DNA from: Macrostomum lignano
Taxonomy: Eukaryota
Length of the DNA: 27,638 bases
Assembly (NCBI GenBank): GCA_002269645.1
Contig: NIVC01005053.1
Coordinates: forward strand, 1-27,638
Direction of reading: 5' to 3'
Below are positions 16,912 to 26,461 of this stretch, in pieces (positions within the stretch are counted from its first letter, which is position 1; each line of letters begins with the position of its first letter). Below the pieces are notes generated by a model, which was not told the origin of the DNA, did no database searches, and saw only the letters and a list, made by a program, of their open reading frames with translations. The translations under genes and the position numbers were made by a program.

Positions 16912-18085
16912 GGGTACCTCTCATTTCGCCGATTCTCGTTTCGCCGATTCTCGTTTCGCCGATTCTCGTTTCGCCGATTCTCGGTTCGCCGACATTCTCA
17001 TTTCGCCGATTCTCGGTTCGCCGAAATTAGTTTCACAACCATCTGGACATTAGACCATAGACAACTACACTAATGCAAGTGTGATTTAGATGTCTATGGC
17101 TTGAAAAATAAAGTATTGTATTGGTAATATAGCATTTTGCAGCCCATTTGGGCTTACGGGCATTTAATTTAATCCGAGATATGTTTGTCAAAGTAACGGA
17201 GCTTTTGTCTATGGTAGCAAGGCTGGCACAGCAGCATTTAATTTGGTCCAACAAGCATCAATTTGGTCCATAGCTTCATTAGCAACTGCTGCGGAGGAGC
17301 TAGATCAGCCACAGAATTGTGGACCATATGCTAGGCTGTCAAACGAATGCCATTAGGCTTGTGATCGAAGCGCTCGACAGAGGTGAACACCCAAAGGCTG
17401 CTGAATGTAAAAGAAAAGATGGTTTTCAGCATCCATCAGCGCGTTGAAAATCTGCCGGCAGATATCGCCTGCGAATGGGTGGCAATCGCCAGGGCAAGTT
17501 GCTCGAGAGCTTCAGGTCCAACTGCTACTCGATACAATTGAGACGAGCCATTTGTTGATGCTGCAGAAAATGCAGCAGAAGTTGAAGGAAAGAAGTTGAG
17601 GGAACAGTTCCAGTTGGTTATCAGAGTTCGACTATCAGCAGAGCTCTGGAAAAGCGACAGAAAATTGTCGGTAGAGACTCTGACATTCCAGCGGTACGCA
17701 ACAACCCGCAGACGGTTGCGAGAAGGCAGGAGTTTGCCGAATGGCTCACGAGCGTTTGGACCAAATTGATGCTTGTTGGACCAAATTAAATGCCGCTGTG
17801 CCAGACTTGCTACCATAGACAAAAGCTCCGTTACACTGGCAAACGTATCTCGGATTAAATTAAATGCCCGTAAGCCCGAATGGGCTGCAAAAAGCTATAT
17901 TACCAATACAATACTTTATTTTTCAAGCCATAGACATCTAAATCACACTTGCATTAGTGTAGTTGTCTATGGTCTAATGTCCAGATGGTTGTGAAACTAA
18001 TTTCGGCGAACCGAGAATCGGCGAAATGAGAATGTCGGCGAAACGAGAATCGGCGAAACGAGAATCGGCGAAATGAGAGGTACCC
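16912..18085. mobile_element. Non-autonomous Mutator-like (MULE/foldback) element, 1174 bp, with long TIRs
   Basis: TIRs 16912-17270 and 17757-18085 start GGGTACCTCTCATTTCGCCGA and carry 15-bp subterminal repeats; the left TIR has two extra copies, accounting for the 30-bp length difference. Perfect 9-bp TSD CATGGAGGC at 16903-16911 and 18086-18094. Confidence 0.9.
17330..17759 (+). pseudogene. Decayed N-terminal (HTH) fragment of a Tc1/IS630-like transposase inside the MULE
   Basis: Across frameshifts it reads IRLVIEALDRGEHPKAA / LNVKEKMVFSIHQRVENLP / LLDTIETSHLLMLQKMQQKLKER / GTVPV..SSTISRALEKRQKIVGRDSDIPAVRNNPQTVARRQEFAEWLTS. This resembles the Tc1/IS630 pattern S.STI.R.L ... P..RN ... 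R.EFA.W as recalled. Confidence 0.6.
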
Positions 18086-18828
18086 CATGGAGGCCGCCCC
18101 AGCCTCACCCAAAACCGACACTCAGGAGAGAGCACTAAGGACTGACCCCCCCCCCTCCAACACTCCAACTCAACCGCCCTGGCCCCGTAGCAACAGCGGA
18201 ATTAATTTTAATTGCATGCGCTGTTTACGTAAACCTTGGCGTCGTTAACCGGAGCTGAAATTGTGGGAAGTTTTAAACTAGAGGGAATTTCAGATCCATG
18301 TACAGTTGCCTGAGTGAAAGACTATTTCTAGATTGTTGTTGTACAGGTTCTCATGACCTCAAACGTTCGAGAATTTCGATTGAGGATTGAGGTTTGGGGA
18401 ATATAACAGGATTTAGTACCTTGGATATATACTGAATTGAAGTAGTGTACCTCAGTGACAGAGGGTTAAATATGCGTCAAATGTAGCATGAAGGGCTGAA
18501 CTGCAAGAGGAAAATAAATAGGTAAATAAATAAATAGCATAGCGGCACAACACGGTACTATGGCTGTGAAATTGTTAGGCTGTCAGATTGACAGTAAAAC
18601 AACCAGAAAGAAACGCTAACAAACAAACAAACAAGCAGACAGACAGACTGGCCGACACTAAGACTGAAAACAACAAAAGCAAGGTGCCGCATCTGTATGT
18701 ACTGGAGGGGGTTATGAAACAATTGGTCGGAGTTGAAGGTGAGCTCAGGGCTCGATCAGTTCGCCATCAAATTGAAAAATGTTTCTCAACCAAAGCAATT
18801 CAACGTTGACAAAGTTCCAGTCAGCTGT

Positions 18829-19860
18829 CTACAAGAAAAGTACTTCCATCTCGTGCAGAGAGTAGTAGGAACCGAACGGGTCTCTCCAGATCAGGCCCTC
18901 GCCAAGGGACCGCCAATAGCCGAAGGAAATTCTCTGTATTTTTGCCCGGAGAACCACCAGGCGCCTATGTGTATTACTGCGCAGTGACCTTCCAGGTAGG
19001 TGTCGTGATCGGCGTCCCGCGTGCTGAATGGTCTGCCGTCGTTGCGAAGCATCGAGTCGCCAATGCCGGCGCTGCCGGAGAAGCCGGACACGCTCAGCCG
19101 GTAGCTGTCCGACTCGGGACCCACGGAGAAGCTGGAGTACTCAGCCCAGTGCTCAGAGTCGTTCCACACCTTCATCAGGATCCTCAGCTTCCGAGGACCA
19201 GAAGCAGTGAGAGCGTGGAGAGAGTTCAGGCCTGGGAAGATGCGGACGTCATGGCGGTGTTTGTAATTGAAATCCGAGTTGGAAAAGGAAGCGAATGGAG
19301 CAGATCTGGGATGCACTCACCGATCCAGTAGTTTCCGTCGGGTCCCTCGCCGAAATCGCTCTGATACTGAGTCCAGTTGCGGTAAAAGTCCACTGAGCCG
19401 GACACCCTGTGCTGCACGGTGGTCCAGCAGTCACTGCCGGCTGTCTGCAAGGTGACACACAGGTGTGCCAGGTTACCACGCGTTAAATTGTGGTAGTGAT
19501 GCTACACATCTAACGGAGTGACTCACCCACACTCGCTGAGCTCCCTTGTTCGCATTGCGGCACTTCCTGCAGTGGCTTAGGCCCAGGCGACACCTGAAGA
19601 GAGCGCACAGACCAGAGATGGCGCTGAACGCCACCAGCTGCACAGCGGAGTCGCTGCTGGCAGCAGCTGAGCACTGGATTTCGGACTTCAGCGGAGACCG
19701 ACCATCACGGCCTCGTAGTCGGAGAGGCTCTCGCGGCTCAACCGCCAGGTACGCTCGGATGAAGCGGCTTCAGTCGCGGTGAGCTGAACGCGGTGAGACA
19801 GTAGTGGAGAAGGCTGGACTGCTGTTGGAAGAAACCAGAAAGCCTGCTGGAGTCGGCTGC
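18829..19860 (-). CDS. Fibrinogen C-terminal domain (FReD/ficolin-like) protein with an upstream PAN/apple-like segment; frameshifted (pseudogene or assembly error)
   Basis: Minus-strand exons: ?-19527 ([39 protein letters not shown] donor); 19444-19321 ([42 protein letters not shown]); 19231 onward ([60 protein letters not shown]), then in a shifted frame [31 protein letters not shown] (TAG 18829-18831). Start codon uncertain. Confidence 0.85.
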
Positions 19861-19929
19861 ATGAATGTAAGAAATGCAGGGAACCTTTTCAACCTTTTCA
19901 AGGCTGAAAAGGTACTTATTACGAGTATT

Positions 19930-20790
19930 AAGGCCCTTGGAGTGAATGACAATTGAAGTGGTAGTGTGACCGAGGAGCCCGTGATGAAAAGGCCAACCTA
20001 TTTCAAACAATGGAAAGGCTCTGGGCTGTTGAAGAAAGAGCTGTCGAGATGACCAAGTTATCCAGTAGGGAAAGTCTCGCAACCATGGGAGGTTCAGCAT
20101 TCCACATTCAGCACAGTATGTGGAAAAGAAAGGAAGCAAAAGTGTGCTGTTTGCTGTTAGAGCGGAGACCTGATGGTGCGACTGTGGAGCAAAAGAAGGG
20201 AGGAGCTGCTGAAGTTGACCCCGCAGAAGTCTATGGACACAAGCCAGTCCAGCAACAGTTCTGCGAGTGCTAAGGCTGTATGGAGCCTTGAAGGAGTCAC
20301 CAAGGATCCTGGCAGCCTTCTGCTCGACACGGTCCAATACGAGGGTACATACAGAAGTACCGGCCCACTGAATATTCATGCAGATAAAATTGATCACCTA
20401 CCTTTTGCTAAAATATTTGCAGTGAAGAAAAACTGCGTTATTATGTCAGCTGATTCAAAAGCCCTAAAAGTCCTGTCTGATTGTTGACGTTTTGATAGCC
20501 TGAGCAGCTTTATTTTGCAGAATATGTTTTTGTCATTAAAGTAATGGGGATGCTGGCTTCCACTCAGTCCCCCCTCATTGGCTAACAGGTCTCAATAAAC
20601 ACCAAACCTTTTGAAAGTTCATTCCGAGGGGGGTGGCGGTTGTCAACTCTGTACGAGCTATGAAGGAACAGCTAACGGAAGGATTAAATTGCATTTGTTA
20701 AACCCTGGCTAATAAATTTTTGCCAGTTAGTTTCAGACAACTACGACTATCTTCTATCAGGATTTCTCTGGGAGAGTCAGACTAGCGCCT
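19930..20790 (-). mobile_element. Decayed 3' fragment of a non-LTR retrotransposon (CR1/L2/Jockey-type) ORF2
   Basis: Minus-strand pieces in the expected order for the RT C-terminal region: MQFNPS, KRFGVY, IQWAG..LDRVEQKAARILG..SLSTRRTVAGLACVHR..G..LQQLLP, SF..MWNAEP. Many stops and frameshifts; boundaries approximate. Confidence 0.6.
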
Positions 20791-20795
20791 TATTC

Positions 20796-21198
20796 ACACC
20801 TCCCTCTCAACCCGCCCTCTACCTCCGCTCTCTTCCTCCGCCCTCTTCCTCCGCCCTCTCCACCCGCCCTCTACCTCCACCCTCTTCCTCCACCCTCTCC
20901 ACCCGCCCTCTTCCTCCGCCCTCTCCACCCGCCCTCTACCTCCACCCTCTCCACCCGCCCTCTTCCTCCGCCCTCTCCCCCCGCCCTCTCCACCCGCCCT
21001 CTTCCTCCACCCTCTTCCTCCACCCTCTTCCTCCGCCCTCTTCCTCCACCCTCTCCACCCGCCCTCTTCCTCCACCCTCTTCCTCCACCCTCTTCCTCCA
21101 CCCTCTTCCTCCGTCCTCTCCACCCGCCCTCTCCACCCGCCCTCTTCCTCCACCCTCTCCACCCGCCCTCTTCCTCCGCCCTCTCCACCCGCCTTCTC
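20796..21198. repeat. Pyrimidine-rich minisatellite (CCACCCTCTTCCT / CCGCCCTCTCCA units), left part
   Basis: Directly visible. Resumes at 25797 after the LTR element. Confidence 0.93.
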
Positions 21199-21396
21199 TG
21201 TGGTGAGCGAGAGACAAGTCAGTCAGGTTTAGTCCAACAAACAAAATTCAAACCCTCACCCAAAGGGTGGAGCTATTCTTATATTTACTCGAGAACGCAT
21301 GTACATATACAAACAGAGCGCGCATGTACATCGGATCCCTTGACCCCCAAACACCGACTAGCAAAACAACCCAGTGAGTAAACTCACTTTACAACA
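21199..21396 (-). repeat. 3' LTR (198 bp)
   Basis: TG..CA termini; no mismatch to 25599-25796 seen by eye. Confidence 0.96.
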
Positions 21397-21410
21397 TTCA
21401 CCCTCCTTAA
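21397..21410 (-). other. Polypurine tract (AAGGAGGGTGAA on the minus strand) abutting the 3' LTR
   Basis: Purine-rich run immediately upstream of the 3' LTR TG on the coding strand. Confidence 0.65.
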
Positions 21411-21439
21411 CAGTCACTAATTCCCTTCACAGCTGGCAA

Positions 21440-24400
21440 TCAATGCGTCACGACCTGGCCGTACCACAACGGTGGTGCCCGCAGTCGCGTACTGCGCCGC
21501 AGCTCCGCGTCGGCCTCAACGGTCGCCGGCGGCGGGTCCGTCGGGCCTTCTGGCGCTGCCGGCTCTGCAGCCACTGGCGGCTGTGGCGGCATTGCCGTTG
21601 CCGAAGTCGTGCTGGCACCCTCGGGCTCCGCATGAGGCATACAGAGGCTGGTGTGCCACCTTGAGCCGTCCTCTAACCTGACGATCGTCGGGCTGATGAT
21701 GTCGCTGACCCGTAGAGGTGGTGACACGTGGCTCTGCAGCTTGCCTCGCATCCGCGGAGATCGCACTCGCACCAGGTCGCCGACCCGGAATTGGCGCGGC
21801 GGCTGCCGGGATCTGTTGAGCCGCTTGAACTGCCGTCTTTGCCGCTCCTGGATCTGATCGGCCAGTGGGTGCTCTCGAGTCGCTCGCTTCGGCTGCAGCG
21901 TCCACAGCGGCGTGGTGATCTTGCGGCCGAGCATCAGCTCCGCTGGCGTCACGCCGGTCAGCGCATGCGGTGTCGATCGGTACGCCCACAGGATGGACTG
22001 CACCGCTTCCAGGAACGAGTAGCCGTCTTGAAGGTGGCTCTTCAAGCCCTCTTTGACTACGCGGTTCAGGCGCTCCACTCCGGAATTTCCTTGAGGGTGG
22101 TAGAACGGAGTCTGACGATGATTGATGCCGTACGCCTTTAGGAAGTCGTTGAACTCCTGGGAGATGAACTGGGGTCCTCCATCGGTGGTGATTACGCGCG
22201 GAATGCCCCAGCGACAAAACAGCGCCGTGAGACTCTTGATGATAGTCGCAGACGTCGCTGAAGAGAGGCAGACCAGTTCGGGCCACTTTGAATGCAGGTC
22301 ATGTACACCGAGTATGAAACGGCAGTTCTGTGGTGCACCCTCGTGCAGCTCTCCGAACAAGTCGATCTGCAGCTCTGTCCACGGTTCCTTCGGCCACTTG
22401 GTCGGGGTCAGCACTGTCCGATGCGGCTTGAAGCTCTTCTCACTGATGATGCACGCAGAGCAGCTGCTGACGAACCTCTCGATGTCGCTGTCCATTTTGG
22501 GCCACCAGGCGGTGTCTCGGCAGTGATGCTTGGTCCTGCTGACTCCCTTGTGACCTTGATGCGCTAAGTCGAGCACTCGCTGGCGCAGTTCTTCCGGTAT
22601 GACGGCACGAGTTCCCATGGCCAAGCACCTGCCGTTGCTCCAAACAGTCAGCTCGTTCCTAACACTCCAGTAGGGCAGCAGGCGCTCATCGAGCTTTTTC
22701 TTGTCTGGCCAACCGGAAACTGTGAACTCTGCGACTCGTGCCAGGAGCTCGTCCTTTGACGTTGCCTCCGCCAGCTCGTCCTCGGTGACCACGGTCAGCG
22801 CCTCGGCCAGGAGCACTCTTTGGACTTCCAGACCGTCTGTTTCATCGCCTTCCGTCGGCTCGGCCGTGTCCTGGCAGCGCGACAGAAAGTCGGGCACGAT
22901 GTTCTTGGCACCCGGGACGTACTTGACGGTGAAGGAGTAGTTTAACAAACGATCAGCCCAGCGATGCAGTCTGAGTGGCCGGTGTCCGCTCCCAGATGAT
23001 GACAGCAGCGTGGTGAGAGCCTGGTGATCGGTGTGGAGCTCGAACCGTCGGCCGTAAAGGAAGAAGTTCCAGCGCTCACAGGCGAAGATGCAGGCCAGGG
23101 CTTCCCTCTCGCTCGCCGAGTAGCGGCGCTCCGTAGCACTCAGAGTTCGGCTCGCAAAGGCAACCGGGCGCCACTGGCCGTCGGAGTCTTGCTGGAGGAG
23201 CATCGCACCGAGAGCTGATGCTGAGCTGTCGCAGCTGACGATGATCGGCTGATCTGCGTCGAAAAACTTGAGGCAAGGTGGCTTGCACACTCCTGTCGTC
23301 AGCTGCTCAAAAGCCTGCTGGCACTCACTGGTCCACTTCCACGACTCGTCCTTCCTCAGCAGTTTCATGAGGGGCTCCGCCGTGCTGGAGAGGCTGGGAA
23401 TGAAGTTGCCGAAGTACTTCACGACGCCTAGAAACGCAGCCACTTCCTTGGTGTTCGTTGGCGGCTGTACCTTCTCGATAGCTTCGACGTGTGACTGCAA
23501 CGGGCGGACTCCAGAAGCGCTCAGCTCATAGCCTAGGAAGTTGACCTTGTCCTGGCGCCAGGTGCACTTGGCCGTATTGATAGTCACGTTGTGCGTCATC
23601 AGAGCTTGCAGCACCTTGAACAGGCGCTTGTCGTGCTCTTCTCTTGATGCCGCGTGCACTACGATGTCGTCAATAAAGTGCACTGCGCCTTTGATGCCAC
23701 TGAGGATCTTAGCCATCACCTTCTGGAACGCAGCCGGTGCACTACTCAGGCCGAAGCACACCCTCCGATATCGATATAGGCCTCGCTCCGTCACGAACGT
23801 GGTCAGATTTCTGCAGTCCTCAGACAACTCCAGTTGCAGGTAAGACGAATTCAGGTCCAACTTGGAGAAGCATCGCGACCCGGCAAACTCGGCGGAGAGC
23901 TCCTCAAAGGTCGGAAGTGGGTATCTGTCCGGTATGATGCTCTTGTTTGGGCCTCTCAGGTCGTTGCAGATCCGGATCGAGCCGTTCGCCTTTGGCACCA
24001 CGACTAGGTTTGACACCCAGTCTGAGGCGTCGATGATGCCTTGCTGCAGCAGCTGGTCGATCTCCTTTTGAACCGAATCTCTTAGGCTGAGCGGCACTCT
24101 GCGCAACGGTTGAGCAGTCGGTTGCACCGCGGGGTTGACTCGCGGCCTGTGCTGAAATCCTTTGATGTGTCCGAGTCCCTGAGTCAACTGGTCGAACCGG
24201 CCTGGGATCCAGTCAGGCAGGGCTCTGGTGCCGACTGTCTGCACTCGCTCACCGTCTGCAGTGACGATCCACAGTCCCAGCTGATCCATGAGGTCGCACC
24301 CCAGGATGTCAGATCCGGTATTGACCACGCTAAGGTTGACGTAAGGCACTACTTTGTCCTTGAGCTGCACCGAGGTCAGGATGTCACCAAGCACGCCGAT

Positions 24401-25003
24401 CTTGCTGCCGTTGAAAGCGACCAGCTTCCGTGATGACGCCTGCAGGGGCACGTTGGACAGAAGTCTATTGTACGTCGTCTTGGTGATGATGGAGACTCGC
24501 GAACCGGAGTCAACGAGCAGCTTGACAGGCCTCCCGTTTAGCAGCACTTCGCAGTGCTTGCTTGCTGCCGCAGCTGTCGACACAGTGCAGATGGAGTACT
24601 CATCCTGAAGCTGTCGCACTCGGTTGCCGCTCCTGCAGACTCTGGCGAAGTGCCCGCGCTTGCCGCAGGACTTGCACTTCTGCCCCTTTGCTGGGCAGGT
24701 CTGTCCACCGACATGCGCCGCTGAGCCACAGTAGCCGCAGCTCCGGCCGTCGGTTGTCGACTTCAGTGCCTCATGCTGTCTTGCCACTGCTCCACTGTTC
24801 TTGGCCTTGCTGATCTGCTGGACTCCACACGAGCTGTTTGGGTCTGTGTGGCTGCCTCCCTTGATGGCCTGGGCCTCCAGCAGTCCAGTTTCCAGTCGCT
24901 CCGCCAACTGCACAGCTGTCGCCAAGGTCAGCTCCGGCTCCATAAGCAGTCGCTCCCTGATGTGGTTGCTGAGCACTTTCTCGACGAGCTGGTCACGCAG
25001 CAT
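21440..25003 (-). CDS. pol: Gag C-terminus plus Pol polyprotein (double zinc knuckle, aspartic protease, RT, RNase H, integrase)
   Basis: CGYCGSAAH..CPAKGQKCKSCGKRGHFARVC; LLVDSGSRVSII; FSKLDLNSSYLQL..FGLSSAPAAFQK..HFIDDIVV; CDSS..LGAML..YSASEREALA..TDHQAL; HQGH..CSAC; IDLFG..TDGGPQF..GNSGVERLNR. Confidence 0.97.
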   Translation of the reverse strand: MLRDQLVEKVLSNHIRERLLMEPELTLATAVQLAERLETGLLEAQAIKGGSHTDPNSSCGVQQISKAKNSGAVARQHEALKSTTDGRSCGYCGSAAHVGGQTCPAKGQKCKSCGKRGHFARVCRSGNRVRQLQDEYSICTVSTAAAASKHCEVLLNGRPVKLLVDSGSRVSIITKTTYNRLLSNVPLQASSRKLVAFNGSKIGVLGDILTSVQLKDKVVPYVNLSVVNTGSDILGCDLMDQLGLWIVTADGERVQTVGTRALPDWIPGRFDQLTQGLGHIKGFQHRPRVNPAVQPTAQPLRRVPLSLRDSVQKEIDQLLQQGIIDASDWVSNLVVVPKANGSIRICNDLRGPNKSIIPDRYPLPTFEELSAEFAGSRCFSKLDLNSSYLQLELSEDCRNLTTFVTERGLYRYRRVCFGLSSAPAAFQKVMAKILSGIKGAVHFIDDIVVHAASREEHDKRLFKVLQALMTHNVTINTAKCTWRQDKVNFLGYELSASGVRPLQSHVEAIEKVQPPTNTKEVAAFLGVVKYFGNFIPSLSSTAEPLMKLLRKDESWKWTSECQQAFEQLTTGVCKPPCLKFFDADQPIIVSCDSSASALGAMLLQQDSDGQWRPVAFASRTLSATERRYSASEREALACIFACERWNFFLYGRRFELHTDHQALTTLLSSSGSGHRPLRLHRWADRLLNYSFTVKYVPGAKNIVPDFLSRCQDTAEPTEGDETDGLEVQRVLLAEALTVVTEDELAEATSKDELLARVAEFTVSGWPDKKKLDERLLPYWSVRNELTVWSNGRCLAMGTRAVIPEELRQRVLDLAHQGHKGVSRTKHHCRDTAWWPKMDSDIERFVSSCSACIISEKSFKPHRTVLTPTKWPKEPWTELQIDLFGELHEGAPQNCRFILGVHDLHSKWPELVCLSSATSATIIKSLTALFCRWGIPRVITTDGGPQFISQEFNDFLKAYGINHRQTPFYHPQGNSGVERLNRVVKEGLKSHLQDGYSFLEAVQSILWAYRSTPHALTGVTPAELMLGRKITTPLWTLQPKRATREHPLADQIQERQRRQFKRLNRSRQPPRQFRVGDLVRVRSPRMRGKLQSHVSPPLRVSDIISPTIVRLEDGSRWHTSLCMPHAEPEGASTTSATAMPPQPPVAAEPAAPEGPTDPPPATVEADAELRRSTRLRAPPLWYGQVVTH

Positions 25004-25518
25004 CTCTCCTGGAAGGTCTTGAAGTCGCAGTTCGAAGCCAGGTTTCGCAGCGCGGCAACGAAGTCGCTGATCTTTTCGCTCGGTCGCTGAGCTCTCTGTC
25101 GGAATCTGTGCCTCTCAGCAACTACGTTGACTTTGGGTCCGAAGTGCATGTCCAGGAGCTTCAGCGTGTCATCAACTGTTGATGGCGGTTGCTCTCCTTC
25201 CTCCTGATCGCTGCTGGCCTGTAGAGACATGTAGATGTTTTGTCCCTCTGCACCCAAACAGTGGATGAGCAACGCTTGTTTTCTTTGCTCCGGCAGATCG
25301 ATGGCTCCCGATGCTAGCAGGTAATTGCTGAACATTGCTTTCCATCGGTTCCATTCAATCAGCGGTGCTCCAGCGGCTGGCAGAAACGGCTGCGGTGGCG
25401 AAATGTTGACACTCATTCTGTTGGCTGCATCTCTGCTTGACTGTTGGGCTGCTGCTTGTTGGGATCCTCGCTGTGGGTCGCCCATTGCACTTGCATTTGC
25501 GCCTTCTGTGCTGCTCAT
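25004..25518 (-). CDS. gag: Gag N-terminal/capsid part, joined to the pol frame by a 1-nt frameshift at ~25006
   Basis: ATG at 25518. Reads PPQPFL..IEWNRWKAMFSNYLLA..QKQALLIHCLGAEGQ..LDMHFGPKVNVVAERHRFRQRAQRPSEKISDFVAALRNLASNCDF. One extra G gives FQEEMLRDQLV, a single ~1359-aa Gag-Pol. Confidence 0.9.
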
Positions 25519-25580
25519 GACTTGGCAGATTTTAGAGTTCGCGCTTGTGCTGAATCACGCTGGCCCAAATCAATTGATTT

Positions 25581-25595
25581 CTCCGCGCGACGCCA
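25581..25595 (-). other. Primer-binding site candidate TGGCGTCGCGCGGAG, 3 nt inside the 5' LTR
   Basis: Begins with TGG (complement of tRNA CCA) after a TTT spacer. Cognate tRNA not assigned. Confidence 0.7.
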
Positions 25596-25598
25596 AAA

Positions 25599-25796
25599 TG
25601 TGGTGAGCGAGAGACAAGTCAGTCAGGTTTAGTCCAACAAACAAAATTCAAACCCTCACCCAAAGGGTGGAGCTATTCTTATATTTACTCGAGAACGCAT
25701 GTACATATACAAACAGAGCGCGCATGTACATCGGATCCCTTGACCCCCAAACACCGACTAGCAAAACAACCCAGTGAGTAAACTCACTTTACAACA
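25599..25796 (-). repeat. 5' LTR (198 bp)
   Basis: TG..CA termini; matches 21199-21396. Confidence 0.96.
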
Positions 25797-25868
25797 TTCT
25801 CCACCCGCCCTCTTCCTCCGCCCTCTTCCTCCACCCTCTTCTTCCACCCTCTTCCTCCGCCCTCTTCC
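25797..25868. repeat. Pyrimidine-rich minisatellite, right remnant
   Basis: Same units as 20796-21198. Confidence 0.88.
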
Positions 25869-26012
25869 TGATTCGGTCAGCGGCGGGGCCTTTTTGCACG
25901 ACCTGGCCCGCGATCTGCGACGCTGTTTTCTCAAGACACATGCACCAAATGTTGTTGTTGGCAGTCATTTTTGTTGTTGGCAGTCATTAAAAGGTCTTCC
26001 TTTAGTTCGGAT

Positions 26013-26461
26013 ATTGAAACGACAATTTATATGGGTTTTTCCCATATTATCGTTTCCTTCTGCCAACAGTTCAGGAAGACAACGAACAATGGACCTGATG
26101 GTAACTTTCTCTGTGTGATCTCTAGAGTCACATTCTCAAACTTCAGGCGAGGATCTTTCCTCTTCAATCAGTATATTTTATAAGCTAGCACACTGTACGC
26201 GAGCAACGAGGAATAGGAGCAGTAGGGAGAGAGAGTGGGATTTCGAGGCCCAATAGGCAGTGTCGGTCAGAGGTTGTGCATGCATCACGCGAGGGTCGCA
26301 TGGCTGGGCTTCTTGCTCGCCGATCATCAGGACTATTTTTAGGCATGCAGATCTTGTGCATCTGGGGAGTTGCTGCCAAGGCTGGATGCTTGTTCACGCA
26401 TCACGCGCGTGTCGGCTGATTTCTCCCATCCTCTTGCTAACGGCGCCTTCGTTTCACTTCA
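26013..26461. repeat. Copy 1 of a ~450-bp dispersed direct repeat
   Basis: Aligns by eye to 27116-27562 with scattered substitutions and small indels. Confidence 0.92.

Larger units (their letters stand above)
21199..25796 (-). mobile_element. Full-length Ty3/Gypsy LTR retrotransposon (Mag-like), 4598 bp
   Basis: Two 198-bp TG..CA LTRs, 5-bp TSD TTCTC (21194-21198 / 25797-25801), PBS-like TGGCGTCGCGCGGAG, purine tract before the 3' LTR, and Gag-PR-RT-RH-IN domain order. Confidence 0.98.

Noticed and set aside
17033-17994. Duplicated 73-aa ORF pair (MLDQIK...)
   Set aside because: The two arms of the MULE TIR read in opposite directions; not genes.
20794-21244. Glu/Gly/Arg-rich ORFs
   Set aside because: Minisatellite translation.
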